From assembly GCA_963674865.2 (NCBI GenBank), contig CAXXYE010000006.1, forward strand, positions 96,001 to 160,000: a DNA stretch of 64,000 nt, given 5' to 3'. This DNA is from Candidatus Hydrogenedentota bacterium. Its GTDB lineage: Bacteria; Hydrogenedentota; Hydrogenedentia; Hydrogenedentales; SLHB01. This document shows positions 28,752 through 39,483 of this stretch, one piece after another (the stretch's first letter is position 1; the number at the start of each line of letters is the position of its first letter). A program made the position numbers and the translations under genes. The notes under the pieces were generated by a model that saw only the letters and a list, made by a program, of their open reading frames with translations, had not been told where the DNA came from and ran no database searches.

Positions 28752-29522
28752 CTACAGCTCCAGATCGAAGAGCCGGGCGGCGTTGGCCGTCGTCCGCGCC
28801 GCGACGACTTCTTCCGACACGCCCAGGATCTCTGCCGCCGCACGCAGGTTGCGGGTGATGTTCGCCGGAACGTTCGGCGCGCCGGTCAATCCCACCGGCG
28901 GCATATCGGGACTATCCGTTTCGAGCAGGAAATGATCGGGGAAGATGCGCCGAAGAACGCGCTCGCGCTTGCGGCTGTTGCGATACGTCAGCGTGCCGCC
29001 CAGCGAGCAGGCAAATCCCAGGGCGACGCACTCGTTCGCGACCTCGATGCTCCCCGAGAAAGCATGGATCATCCCGCCGCGCCGCGGCAAACCCATCCGC
29101 CTGACGATCTCGAACAGATCGTTGAAGGCGCCCCGGCAATGCACGACAATGGGCAGATCGATCTCAATCGCGATCTCGAGTTGAGCCCGGAAGAGGTCCA
29201 TCTGAAGTACAAGAGGAGGAGAATCAACCTTCCTGTCCAAGCCGATCTCGCCAATGGCCTTCGCGCCACAGGCGCGAGCATCCCCGAGGGGGCCTAGAGC
29301 ATCCCGGTGCTCGGGCTCGACGTACCAGGGATGAATGCCCAATGCGCATTCGATGGCGTCGTGCTGCTCCGCCAGCGCCCGGCAGGCGCCCCAGTCCTCC
29401 GGCGAAGCCGCGGCCGTCACGAGTTTCACAACGCCTGCGCCCGCGGCCTCATCGAGGATATCCTCGATAGGCCGGCCGAAATCATCACTTTGCAGATGAC
29501 AATGTGCGTCGACGAGTTGCAT
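28752..29522 (-). CDS. tatD: TatD family DNase
   Basis: DAHCHL, GIHPW, GEIGLD, VHCR, HAFSGS, LETDSP. Confidence 0.93.
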   Translation of the reverse strand: MQLVDAHCHLQSDDFGRPIEDILDEAAGAGVVKLVTAAASPEDWGACRALAEQHDAIECALGIHPWYVEPEHRDALGPLGDARACGAKAIGEIGLDRKVDSPPLVLQMDLFRAQLEIAIEIDLPIVVHCRGAFNDLFEIVRRMGLPRRGGMIHAFSGSIEVANECVALGFACSLGGTLTYRNSRKRERVLRRIFPDHFLLETDSPDMPPVGLTGAPNVPANITRNLRAAAEILGVSEEVVAARTTANAARLFDLEL

Positions 29523-29717
29523 GGTGAGCAAACACTAGCGCAGCCGGCGCGGCGCTTCAACACAAGGCCTTGGGAGAGCTCGGAACGTGATCCGGCGCGG
29601 CCATGCAGAACTTCTCATCGATCGCCGTACAAAGGCTTTTGATTGATACATTTGACTCTGATAAGCTGGATTTTTGTCCCATTCTTGGCGCATTCAGGAT
29701 AGAAATCGGTGCGGACT

Positions 29718-31175
29718 ATGAGCAATTGGACAAGTCTCTCCAAAGCCGTCGCGGGCTGTCTCATCGCATTGGCCCTACTCGTCCAGTGCTCGCATCCCCC
29801 ATCCGAGATCGCGGCACCCGTCGCCGAGTCCGAGGTTGACGCCGCTTCCGACGCGAAGCCTAACGTTGTGCTCGTGGTGATCGACGCCTTACGGGCGGAT
29901 CGACTGACGGCACAGCGGAACGGCATCGCCTTGATGCCCCGCCTCGCCGAGTTCGCGGCGGACTCCTGGTGGTTCACGTGCGCTTCGACTCAGTCCACGT
30001 GGACGAAGCCTTCGATGGTCAGCCTGTTCACATCGCTGTATCCAGGCGTCCACAATGTGCAGTTCGGCGCATCGCACCGGATTGCCGAAGGCCAGGAGAT
30101 GTCAGTGGACATACTCCCGGAAACGCTCGACACCATGGCGGAGTGCTTCAAACGCGCAGGCTATGAGACGGCGGCGATGCAGGCCAACGCCAATGTCAAG
30201 GGCGCCTTTGGCTTCAAGCAGGGATTCGACTCGTACCGCTTCGACGCCTATCCCGAGTTTCGGGCGCGGGAGATCACGCAGGCCGCCATGGCGCACTTCG
30301 AGTCGGCCAAAGGGCCGCTTTTCCTATACTTGCACTATATGGAGCCGCACGCGCCTTACGATCCTCCGGTAGAGTACCTCGACCGCTTCGAGCCGCTGCC
30401 GCCGGTTTCGCCGGAGGAGCGAAGGCAGATTGACAGCCAGTACTTCGATTACTACGGCGACAAGGTGCAGCATGATTTGGGCCTCCGGGAAGAGCGGAAG
30501 TTCGCGGACTGGACGGAGGCAGGCCGTGAATACGTCCGCGTCAAGTACGATGCCGAAGTGCGCTACGCCGATGAGGAGGTGGGGCGTCTCCTCGCCTTCA
30601 TTCGAGAGAGCAGACCAAACACCGTGGTCGTCGTATTGGCCGATCACGGGGAAGAGCTATGGGAACATGGCTCCGTCGGCCACGGCAGGACGCTATACCA
30701 GGAGTTGCTCGCCGTCCCGCTCATCATGTCCTTCCCGGGGGAAAAGGCCCGGCGCATCGAGGCGCCCGTCGAACTCATCGACGTGCTGCCCACCTTGGCC
30801 GCACGAGTCCATCTTGAGAAGTCCGAACTCTGGCAGGGGCGCGATCTCGCGAGCCCGCTCCCCGCGGCGCGCCCCGTGTTCGCACAAACCATGACATCCT
30901 TGAGGGAGGCAGACGTGCATCTCGAAGCGGTGCTCCAGGGCGATGACAAACTGATCGCCGATATGCGCCGACAGAATGAGTTGCTCTTCCGCTTGCTGCG
31001 CGATCCTACCGAGCACACGCCGGTTAAGGAGGACGCCCGCGAAGCGCAACTGAAGACGCTCCTTACGGCGCATGATGCCGAGAACGAACATCACCCGGCC
31101 TATACGCCTCCGGGCTCCGCAGCCAGGCTTGACCAAGAGAGCATCGAGCAACTGAAGTCTCAAGGCTATCTCTAG
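29718..31175 (+). CDS. Exported sulfatase-like alkaline-phosphatase-superfamily protein with Thr at the nucleophile position
   Basis: PNVVLVVIDALRAD, WTKPSMVSLFTS, HYMEPHAPY, ADHGEE..EHG..GH, terminal EQLKSQGYL. Confidence 0.85.
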   Translation: MSNWTSLSKAVAGCLIALALLVQCSHPPSEIAAPVAESEVDAASDAKPNVVLVVIDALRADRLTAQRNGIALMPRLAEFAADSWWFTCASTQSTWTKPSMVSLFTSLYPGVHNVQFGASHRIAEGQEMSVDILPETLDTMAECFKRAGYETAAMQANANVKGAFGFKQGFDSYRFDAYPEFRAREITQAAMAHFESAKGPLFLYLHYMEPHAPYDPPVEYLDRFEPLPPVSPEERRQIDSQYFDYYGDKVQHDLGLREERKFADWTEAGREYVRVKYDAEVRYADEEVGRLLAFIRESRPNTVVVVLADHGEELWEHGSVGHGRTLYQELLAVPLIMSFPGEKARRIEAPVELIDVLPTLAARVHLEKSELWQGRDLASPLPAARPVFAQTMTSLREADVHLEAVLQGDDKLIADMRRQNELLFRLLRDPTEHTPVKEDAREAQLKTLLTAHDAENEHHPAYTPPGSAARLDQESIEQLKSQGYL

Positions 31176-31226
31176 CGAGTACCAGGTTTCCAACGTTGGC
31201 GCAGTCACAGCAAGAAGGGGATTGAT

Positions 31227-33251
31227 GTGTCTAAAGCACTGGTGATTCTGGGGATAGTACTGGCCTCATCCGTCGCGTCCGGGGAGACGCTAACCTACGC
31301 CGATCTCGCCGGCCGGCTGACAGACCTCGAACGCTTGGCCGTGTTGCCTGAACCGGGCGAAACTTGCGCTCAGTGGTCGAGCTATGACCGCGCAAGCCAA
31401 TTTGACGCCGGGCCGGGCCGGTATGTCCACTGGGACGCCAACGGCGACGGGGGCTGCGTCATCCGCGAGGAGGACGGCATGCTGGTGCTCGCCGAGATGA
31501 CGGGGCCGGGCTGCATCTGGCGAATCTGGTCGGCCAGGCCCGAGAAGGGCCGCGTCAAGATCTTCCTCGACGGCGCGGAAGCACCCGCCGTCGATCTACC
31601 TTTCGCCAGCTATTTCGACGGCAACAATCCACCCTTCAATCGGCCGGCGCTGGTGCACACCACGGCGAGCGGCTGCAACGCATACGTGCCCATACCGTAC
31701 CAGAAGTCCTGCAAGGTGGTCGCCGAGCCCGGCTGGGGGGCCTACTATCATTTCACGTATAGCACCTTTCCCGAGGGGACAAAGGTGCTGGGCTTTACGC
31801 GTGAACTTGACGCCGGTGCGGCCGCGGCCCTCGATGCCGCGGACAAGGCACTGTCGGCATGCGGGATGGATCCCGCGGCGGAGCGCCCCGGGCAGCGGCG
31901 GCTGACGCAGGCCATGATATTGGAGCCGGGCAAGTCCGCCACGCTCGCCAAGTTGGAGGGCCCCCGCGCCATCACGGGCATCCGTATCAAGGTGGACCTC
32001 CCGCCGTCTCCCGCCGATGGCGAGGCGCTGCGCGAACTCGCCATCGCCATACATTGGGACGGGGAAGCCGAGCCAAGCGTCTGGGCGCCCCTCGGCGACT
32101 TCTTCGGCACAGCCGCCGGGGCGAATGCATATCGCTCCCTGCCTCTGGGATTGACGGACGACGGCTGGTGGTATTGCTACTGGTACATGCCCTTCGCCCA
32201 GGCCGCCGACGTGGTGCTCACAAATGACGGCGCCGAAGCCCGGGATATCACCTGTGAGGTGACGCATGCGCCCCTGACACGGCCCATCGAATCCCTGGGC
32301 CGGTTCCACGCCAAGTGGCACCGCGATACCTTCCCGCCGCCGGAACCGGAGCGCGCCATCGACTGGAGCATGCTCCACACCACCGGACGGGGGCGCTACT
32401 GCGGCGTCATGCTCCACGTCTGGAATCGCAAGGGCGGATGGTGGGGCGAAGGCGACGAGAAGTTCTTTGTCGACGGCGAGCGCTTTCCCTCGACTTTCGG
32501 CACCGGCTCGGAGGACTATTTCGGATACGCCTGGTGCAATCCCGCGCTCTTTCAGCACGCCTATCACAACCAGACCATTTCCATGGGAAACAAGGGCCAC
32601 GTTTCCGTAAACCGTTGGCATATATCAGATAACGTGCCTTTCCAAACGGCCTTTGACGGCTACATCGAGAAGTACTTCCCCAACGTCCGCCCCACCCTCT
32701 TCGCATGCACCGCCTACTGGTACCTGGCGCCGGGCGGCAGCGATCCCTACAAGGCGGCGACGCTCAATGAGCGCGTATCGTACTGCCCCTGGAGCGGGCC
32801 GCCGCCAACTTTCGTCGCCAAGGACGTCATCGAGGCCGAGACGATCCGCCTTCTCAAGAGGACGGCGGGCATGTCGCACCAGCAGAACATGTCCGCATTC
32901 GAGGGCGAGTGGAGCCGCGACACGCAGATGTGGTGGGTTGACGCCAAACCTGGCGACTGCGTCGACTTGGCCCTGCCCGTCGAGGCGGCGGGGCGCTACA
33001 CCATTGCCGCGTGCTTCACCAAGGCCCGCGATTACGGCATCATCCGCGTCCTGCTTGACGGACGCGAACTCAACGGCCCCATCGACCTCTACAATGAAAG
33101 CGTGCAGCTCTACGGCCCCATCGACCTTGGCACAAGCGACCTCACCGCCGGCGATCACGTCCTCACCATCGAGATCACCGGCGCCAACCGCAAAGCCATC
33201 CGCGCCTACATGGTCGGCATCGACTACCTCAAGCTGACACCTGTCGAGTAG
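31227..33251 (+). CDS. DUF2961 (GH172-like) glycoside hydrolase with a C-terminal CBM-like domain
   Basis: Signal peptide, SSYDRAS, GPGCIWRIWS, PLGDFFG, WWGEGDEKFFVDGE, GTGSEDYFG. Confidence 0.88.
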   Translation: MSKALVILGIVLASSVASGETLTYADLAGRLTDLERLAVLPEPGETCAQWSSYDRASQFDAGPGRYVHWDANGDGGCVIREEDGMLVLAEMTGPGCIWRIWSARPEKGRVKIFLDGAEAPAVDLPFASYFDGNNPPFNRPALVHTTASGCNAYVPIPYQKSCKVVAEPGWGAYYHFTYSTFPEGTKVLGFTRELDAGAAAALDAADKALSACGMDPAAERPGQRRLTQAMILEPGKSATLAKLEGPRAITGIRIKVDLPPSPADGEALRELAIAIHWDGEAEPSVWAPLGDFFGTAAGANAYRSLPLGLTDDGWWYCYWYMPFAQAADVVLTNDGAEARDITCEVTHAPLTRPIESLGRFHAKWHRDTFPPPEPERAIDWSMLHTTGRGRYCGVMLHVWNRKGGWWGEGDEKFFVDGERFPSTFGTGSEDYFGYAWCNPALFQHAYHNQTISMGNKGHVSVNRWHISDNVPFQTAFDGYIEKYFPNVRPTLFACTAYWYLAPGGSDPYKAATLNERVSYCPWSGPPPTFVAKDVIEAETIRLLKRTAGMSHQQNMSAFEGEWSRDTQMWWVDAKPGDCVDLALPVEAAGRYTIAACFTKARDYGIIRVLLDGRELNGPIDLYNESVQLYGPIDLGTSDLTAGDHVLTIEITGANRKAIRAYMVGIDYLKLTPVE

Positions 33252-33282
33252 GGCGCAGCGGGCGGACCGTGCTCGCCGTCAA

Positions 33283-33311
33283 GTGAACGTCTGCCTGGGA
33301 AATGGTAGAAT
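33283..33311 (+). promoter_or_regulatory. Extended -10 promoter upstream of rel-uvrB
   Basis: TGG-TAGAAT (33303-33311), with a weak -35 GTGAAC 17 bp upstream of the -10. Confidence 0.5.
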
Positions 33312-33365
33312 GACAAGGTTAATGGCCTCTGACGCGGGCGGATTGTTGGGCTGTGGGACGGTAGC

Positions 33366-35393
33366 ATGCCGACGGCGAATATCATACGGACTGAGTTCAC
33401 GAAGTTTCTGAAGCAGCTTCGGAAGATGCTGCCGGGGGCGGATCTTGAGCTGGTTCGTCATGCGTACCGGGTGGCCAATCAGGCCCATCAGGGGCAGATG
33501 CGGCGTTCGGGGGATCCTCATGTATCGCATTGCATCGCCGTGGCTAAGTGTTTGTCCAGTCTTGAGTTGGACTTGACCACCATCGCGGCGGCGCTGCTTC
33601 ACGACGTGCTTGAAGACACGGATTTCGGCCTGCCGGCCCTTCGCGAGGAGTTCGGCGATGAGATCGCCCAGCTCGTGGACGGCGTCACGAAGATCGGCGC
33701 CTTGAAGGTGACGTCGACTGCCCCGGTATCGACAGCCGAGAAGCAGGCGCAGAACCTGCGCAAGATGCTGGTGGCCACGGCGCAGGATATCCGCGTCATC
33801 CTTATCAAGCTGGCGGATCGGCTGCATAACATGCGCACCATTGAGTTCCTGCCGGAGGAGAAGGTCCAGCGCATCTCGCGGGAGACTTTGGACATCTACG
33901 CCCCGCTGGCGAGCCGGCTCGGTATCGCGCGGTGGCGGTGGGAACTCGAGGATCACGCGTTTCACCATTTGAATCCGGTGGAATACCACGAGATGGCGGG
34001 CCGTGTGGCCATGAAGCGCCGGGAGCGGGAGGCAGCGCTGAAGGATGCCATCGCGTATATCGAAAAGCCCCTGGCCGAGGCCGAGGTGGCGGCACGCGTG
34101 ATCGGCCGCCCGAAGCATCTATACAGCATCTATCGGAAGATGGTTGAACAGGGCAAGGATTTCGACGAAGTGATGGATATCCTGGCCTTGCGAATCGTCA
34201 CGCAGACGGTGACGGGATGCTACAACGCCCTGGGCGTCGTGCACCATCTCTGGACGCCGGTGCCGGGCCGGTTCAAAGACTACATCGCCATGCCGAAGGC
34301 GAACATGTACCAGTCGATCCACACGACGGTTATGCGTGAGAACGGCATGCCCCTCGAGATCCAGATCCGCACCGAGGAGATGGATCGAACCGCGCGGGAA
34401 GGCATCGCCGCGCACTGGAAATACAAGGAAGGCGCCGAGAAGGCCGATCGCAAGCTCGAGAGCCATTTGAACTGGCTCAAGCAGATGTACAGTTGGCTTC
34501 AAGATGCGCACGCGCCGGAGGAGTTGCTCGACAGTGTGCGCCGGGATTTCCGGCCCTCGGACGTGTACGTCTTCACGCCGAAGGGCGAGGTCAAGGAGAT
34601 TCCCATCGGGGCAACGCCGCTCGACTTCGCCTACATGATCCACTCCGAGATCGGACATCACTGCATCGGCGCGCGCGTCAACGGACGGATGGTTCCGCTG
34701 CGCTACAATCTCCAGACGGGAGACGTCGTCGAGATCCTGACCTCGAAGAACCAGACGCCTCACCTCGACTGGGTCGACTCGGTGGTAACAGGGCGGGCGC
34801 GAACCAAGATCCGGCAGCGTCTCCGCGAACTGGGCGACCTCGATCCTCTGCCTGAGGTGCCGAAGCCGGTGGTGCCTCAGCCGCCGCCTGAGCCGAAGTT
34901 CAAAGTGCGGCACGTGGATGATGCAACCCGGGAGTCCCTTATCCGGATCGAAGGTTCAAAGGGAATGGTGGTCCAGTTCGCCAAGTGCTGCAATCCGATG
35001 CCGGGGCAGCCTGTCGTGGGCTATGCCACCAAGAATCCGGGCATCACGATTCACCGAGCGGACTGCAAGACGTTCGCGAGCAGCAAACGCGATCCGCGCC
35101 GCGTCATCCACGCCTCGTGGGAGGGCGAAGAGATGTTCGAGATGGGCGTGCAGGTGAAGATCGGCCAGCGCCCGAACGTGTTGGCCGACATAACGAACGC
35201 CATACGCCCCATGAACATCAGCATTACCCGCGCCTTGTTCCGCGAAGGCGATAACGGGGACAGCTACTTCGATTTCATTTTCGAGTCGTCGGATCAGCAC
35301 AGCGCGGATCGCGTCGTGCGGACATTGCTTACCGTGGCGGGCGTTACCGAAGCCAAGACGCTGTCCGTCACACAACTTCCCGACATGCGATAG
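33366..35393 (+). CDS. rel: Bifunctional (p)ppGpp synthetase/hydrolase (long RSH)
   Basis: Intact HD motif (LHDVLED), KLADRLHNMRT, RPKHLYSIYRKM, RFKDY, EIQIRT, TGS (VFTPKG), CCNPMPG zinc finger, ACT-like tail. Confidence 0.96.
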   Translation: MPTANIIRTEFTKFLKQLRKMLPGADLELVRHAYRVANQAHQGQMRRSGDPHVSHCIAVAKCLSSLELDLTTIAAALLHDVLEDTDFGLPALREEFGDEIAQLVDGVTKIGALKVTSTAPVSTAEKQAQNLRKMLVATAQDIRVILIKLADRLHNMRTIEFLPEEKVQRISRETLDIYAPLASRLGIARWRWELEDHAFHHLNPVEYHEMAGRVAMKRREREAALKDAIAYIEKPLAEAEVAARVIGRPKHLYSIYRKMVEQGKDFDEVMDILALRIVTQTVTGCYNALGVVHHLWTPVPGRFKDYIAMPKANMYQSIHTTVMRENGMPLEIQIRTEEMDRTAREGIAAHWKYKEGAEKADRKLESHLNWLKQMYSWLQDAHAPEELLDSVRRDFRPSDVYVFTPKGEVKEIPIGATPLDFAYMIHSEIGHHCIGARVNGRMVPLRYNLQTGDVVEILTSKNQTPHLDWVDSVVTGRARTKIRQRLRELGDLDPLPEVPKPVVPQPPPEPKFKVRHVDDATRESLIRIEGSKGMVVQFAKCCNPMPGQPVVGYATKNPGITIHRADCKTFASSKRDPRRVIHASWEGEEMFEMGVQVKIGQRPNVLADITNAIRPMNISITRALFREGDNGDSYFDFIFESSDQHSADRVVRTLLTVAGVTEAKTLSVTQLPDMR

Positions 35394-35399
35394 ACGCCG

Positions 35400-37403
35400 A
35401 TGGAACGGTTCCGGCTGGTAAGCGATTTCGCGCCCGAGGGGGATCAGCCGCAGGCCATCCGGGAACTGGCAGCAGGCCTTCGCGAAGAACTGCCGCATCA
35501 GGTGCTGCTCGGCGTCACAGGCTCGGGCAAAACGTTCACCATCGCCAACGTCGTCGCCGAAGTCAACCGCCCCGCCCTCGTCATCGCCCCTAACAAGATC
35601 CTGGCCGCCCAGCTCTACGGCGAGTTTAAGCAACTGTTCCCGGAGAACGCCGTCGAGTATTTCGTCAGTTACTACGACTACTACCAGCCCGAGGCGTATG
35701 TCCCCCAAACCGACACGTATATCGAGAAGGACGCCTCGATCAACGACGAAATCGACAAGATGCGGCACGCGGCGACGCGGGCACTGATCACTCGGCGCGA
35801 CTGCCTCATCGTGGCCAGCGTCTCCTGCATCTACGGCATCGGGTCGCCGGACACGTACAGCGGCCTCCGGGTGGAACTCGAGCCGGGCGCCACCTATCCA
35901 CGGGAAGACCTCATCGCGGGGCTGGTGGCCATGCAATATGAGCGAAATGACGTCGACTTCCACCGGGGCACGTTCCGTGTGCGTGGTGATATCGTGGACG
36001 TTTTTCCCTCCTACGAAGCCGACATCGCCGTTCGGGTCGAGTTCTTCGGCGACGAAGTCGAATCCCTCAGCGAGATCGACCCCCTGCGTGGGACGACGGC
36101 GCGCCGGCTTCGGCGCACAGCGATCTACCCGGGCACGCATTACGCTACCACCGCCGATACGCTTCAACGGGCAATACGCGCTATCGAATTGGAGTTGGAA
36201 GGACGGCTCAAGGAACTGCGGGGCGACAACAAAGAGTTGTACGCCCAGCGGCTGGAGCAGCGCACCCGCTTCGATCTGGAGATGCTCCAGGAGATCGGAT
36301 ATTGCTCGGGAATCGAGAATTACTCCCGCCATCTCGATGGGCGGATGCCGGGTGAGCCGCCGTACACGCTCATCAACTACTTCCCGGAGGACGCGCTGAT
36401 CATCATCGATGAGAGCCATATCACCGTCCCCCAACTCGAAGCGATGTATAAGGGGGATCGCTCGCGGAAGGACAAGCTCGTCGAGTACGGATTCCGCCTG
36501 CCGTGCGCACGGGATAACCGGCCGCTGCGTTTTCCCGAGTTCGAGGACTTTCCCCAGCAGCGCATCTACGTCAGCGCGACGCCGAGAGACTACGAACTCA
36601 AGGCCAGCGAAGGTTTGATCGTCGAGCAGGTTGTCCGGCCTACCGGCCTCGTGGACCCTGAAGTCGAGATACGGCCCGCGGCGAACCAAGTGGACGACTT
36701 GCTCGATGAGGTCCGGGCGCGTGCCAAGCGTGGTGAACGCGCGCTTGTCACCACGCTCACGAAGCGGATGGCCGAGGATCTCACTGAGTACTACCGCGAC
36801 CTGGGGGTCCGCGTCCGCTACATGCACTCCGATGTCGAAACCCTCGAGCGTATCGAATTGATCCGAGCATTGCGCAAGGGTGAATTCGATGTCTTGGTAG
36901 GCATCAACCTGCTTCGAGAGGGCCTGGACCTTCCGGAAGTTTCTCTAGTGGCCATCCTGGACGCCGACAAGGAAGGTTATTTGCGATCGGAAACCAGCCT
37001 TATCCAAACCTGCGGGCGCGCGGCACGAAATGTCCACGGGCGGGTGGTAATGTACGCGGAAGGCGAGACGGGCTCGATGCAACGAGCCATTGCCGAAATG
37101 ACGCGCCGCCGGGATAGGCAACTCGCGTACAATGAGGAACACCGTATCACGCCACGCTCCGTTGAGAAGTCGATTCCCGACCTGCTCGAGAGCATTCACG
37201 AGCGTGATTATGTGACTGTCTCGACGGCCGCGGAGGACGAGGACTTGTACGTCGCCGGAGCAGAATTGCCGAAGGCCCTGCGTCGTCTCAAGAGGCTCAT
37301 GAAGGAGGCGGCCGGCAAGATGGAGTTCGAGAAGGCAGCCGAGTACCGGGATCGTGTCCGCGCACTTGAGCAGCGTCAAATCGAGGAGGGGCTATCGTCG
37401 TGA
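35400..37403 (+). CDS. uvrB: Excinuclease ABC subunit B
   Basis: [41 protein letters not shown]-terminal UVR domain FEKAAEYRD. Confidence 0.98.
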   Translation: MERFRLVSDFAPEGDQPQAIRELAAGLREELPHQVLLGVTGSGKTFTIANVVAEVNRPALVIAPNKILAAQLYGEFKQLFPENAVEYFVSYYDYYQPEAYVPQTDTYIEKDASINDEIDKMRHAATRALITRRDCLIVASVSCIYGIGSPDTYSGLRVELEPGATYPREDLIAGLVAMQYERNDVDFHRGTFRVRGDIVDVFPSYEADIAVRVEFFGDEVESLSEIDPLRGTTARRLRRTAIYPGTHYATTADTLQRAIRAIELELEGRLKELRGDNKELYAQRLEQRTRFDLEMLQEIGYCSGIENYSRHLDGRMPGEPPYTLINYFPEDALIIIDESHITVPQLEAMYKGDRSRKDKLVEYGFRLPCARDNRPLRFPEFEDFPQQRIYVSATPRDYELKASEGLIVEQVVRPTGLVDPEVEIRPAANQVDDLLDEVRARAKRGERALVTTLTKRMAEDLTEYYRDLGVRVRYMHSDVETLERIELIRALRKGEFDVLVGINLLREGLDLPEVSLVAILDADKEGYLRSETSLIQTCGRAARNVHGRVVMYAEGETGSMQRAIAEMTRRRDRQLAYNEEHRITPRSVEKSIPDLLESIHERDYVTVSTAAEDEDLYVAGAELPKALRRLKRLMKEAAGKMEFEKAAEYRDRVRALEQRQIEEGLSS

Positions 37404-39466
37404 TAAAACGCAAGTGCGCGAGGAGAAATACGAGCAGAACTCCTTCCGCTGGCGTGTTTCTGGTTGTCGCCTTGGCGGTGGCGACAATCTGCCTGGGATC
37501 GGGGGCGTCGGCGCAGCAAGAAGACAACGCAGGGCTGGCCGACGCGGTAGATCGTCCGGCGGAACTGCCCCAGGGCGCGCTCGAATCAGAAGATGATGAA
37601 GCGGGGCCGACATTCAGCCTGGCCGATCGCGTTGCTCAATTGATGATCGCTACCCTCAGCGGGCGCAATGGCCCCAACGCCGAGGATCAGGAACTGCTCA
37701 AGGAGTATCATCCGGGCGGCGTGGTGGTGCCTCCCGGCTTGGCGCCGAAAGCCGCGGTTGACTACGTCATTAAGCTCCACGCTCTAAGTGATGAGCGCGT
37801 GTCAGGACTGCCCCTGTTGGTAGGAACCAGGCCGCACGGGCCGCTCGATCCGACTCCGGGCGCCCCCAATGCCCCCCCCCCCTTCCCGTCCCTGCTAAGC
37901 GTGGCAGCCGCGAATAACTCGGCCACGACTCAACGGTTTGCGGAGGTCACAGCATCCTACCTGTCCGCCCTCGGATACAATCTGCACTTAGGCCCTTCAT
38001 TGGCGCTCGCCCCTGAACTCGAGGGGGCGGCCGGCAGCATCCACTGCCTCGGAAGCTCACCAGAGTTCATCGCCGACGCCGGCGCGACGATTCTCAGTGT
38101 CCTCAAAGAGGAGGGCATTTTGAGCGCACCCATGGATTTCCCCGGTGGGAGCTGGAATCATCATGATAATGAGCGCGCCGTCCTTTTGACGCCGAGGCCG
38201 TACCTGGCCGAGAAGGACCTCGCCCCGTGGCGACGGGTTATCGAAGTCGGCGCGCCGCTCATTCACGTCGGAAACGTCTTGGCGCCGACTATTGATGTGC
38301 GCAGCCAGCCGGCATCGCTCTCCGACGCGGTCATAACTGACCTTCTTCGGAATGAACTCGGCTATGAGGGGGTTATCCTGGCCGGGCCGATGGATTCCCG
38401 CGATATCTTGCAGCAGTACAATCCCGTCGAGGCGGCCATGGTAGCCCTCAGCGCCGGCGCCGACATGATCTATTGGGAACAGCCCGGGCGGCACGCGGCG
38501 CGAACGATTGACCGCATCGTCCAGGCCGTCAGCGAGAACAAACTCAGCGAAGCAATCATCGATGCGGCGTTTGAGCGCGTACGCCGGATGAAGGGGAAGG
38601 CCGGCCTGCTCGAGCGGCCACTGCCTACCGAGGACGCCGCCCCAAAAGCGATGGAGAACAAAGAATACGGCCAGGCCATGCTTGATACGGCACGCAAATC
38701 ACTCACGCTGGTGCATAACCAGGGCGGGGTGCTTCCCCTAACTCGGAAGGACTCCTCGCCGGTCTTCATCACGGGCACCACCGATGTCGACCCTCTTATT
38801 GACGCCCTCGCCAAGCCCCTCAAGCACGCCAGCGGGATCGAGATGGCTACGGCAAAGCACTTCGGCGAAGTCCAGGAATTCGAGGCCAGGCGCATCACGA
38901 CGCTGGCAGCGGGCTCTCGGACTGTCGTGTGCGTATTGACGCCGATGCGGCGGCATGCCGGCGAAGTCACACTCATCGAGGAGCTGAAAAAGGCCCACCA
39001 CAACGTCGTGGTCGTTCTCTTTGGATATCCGGCTCACTTGAGCGAGTTGGCCAAAGCTGACGCAGTACTCCTCACATACGCCGAAGGGGGACTCGACACG
39101 GCGAACACGCGCGCCATTGTAGATGTCCTCACGGGAGAGAGTCCGGCGCGTGTCCTTCAGCCGGTTCGACCTCTGCGCCTCGAGGCAGGGAAATCTGCTC
39201 GTTTCGACATGACGGCGGTCGTCTGTTGCCCCGGCGGAATGTTGCCGGTGAATCTGGAGGATCCCTTCACATTCGGCTATTCCGTGTCGTACGACCCGTC
39301 GGCCTCCGTCACACACGTGGCCTGGGACTTCGGGGACGGAAAGCGCGTGAAAGCGTCCCAAGTGGAACACGCGTACGAGCAGCCAGGCGAGTACAGCATC
39401 ACCTTGGCCGTCACGGACTGCCTGGGCCAAGAGTCATCCGCCGTCTTCAAGGTCGAAGTCCGGTAG
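37400..39466 (+). CDS. GH3 (NagZ-like) two-domain protein with C-terminal PKD domain; catalytic motifs degenerate
   Basis: Signal peptide. GH3 scaffold ([46 protein letters not shown]). PKD motif WDFGDG...[13 protein letters not shown] overlap with uvrB. Confidence 0.8.
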   Translation: MIKRKCARRNTSRTPSAGVFLVVALAVATICLGSGASAQQEDNAGLADAVDRPAELPQGALESEDDEAGPTFSLADRVAQLMIATLSGRNGPNAEDQELLKEYHPGGVVVPPGLAPKAAVDYVIKLHALSDERVSGLPLLVGTRPHGPLDPTPGAPNAPPPFPSLLSVAAANNSATTQRFAEVTASYLSALGYNLHLGPSLALAPELEGAAGSIHCLGSSPEFIADAGATILSVLKEEGILSAPMDFPGGSWNHHDNERAVLLTPRPYLAEKDLAPWRRVIEVGAPLIHVGNVLAPTIDVRSQPASLSDAVITDLLRNELGYEGVILAGPMDSRDILQQYNPVEAAMVALSAGADMIYWEQPGRHAARTIDRIVQAVSENKLSEAIIDAAFERVRRMKGKAGLLERPLPTEDAAPKAMENKEYGQAMLDTARKSLTLVHNQGGVLPLTRKDSSPVFITGTTDVDPLIDALAKPLKHASGIEMATAKHFGEVQEFEARRITTLAAGSRTVVCVLTPMRRHAGEVTLIEELKKAHHNVVVVLFGYPAHLSELAKADAVLLTYAEGGLDTANTRAIVDVLTGESPARVLQPVRPLRLEAGKSARFDMTAVVCCPGGMLPVNLEDPFTFGYSVSYDPSASVTHVAWDFGDGKRVKASQVEHAYEQPGEYSITLAVTDCLGQESSAVFKVEVR

Positions 39467-39483
39467 GGGACGCCAGATTCTCC

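Noticed and set aside
34956..36827. 623-aa minus-strand ORF
   Set aside because: It is an antisense shadow of rel/uvrB, as expected from GC-rich codon bias, and has no recognisable motifs.
37871..37883. Poly-C tract in the GH3-like gene as a phase-variation site
   Set aside because: It is in frame and encodes Ala-Pro-Pro-Pro, and a single sequence gives no evidence of slippage.
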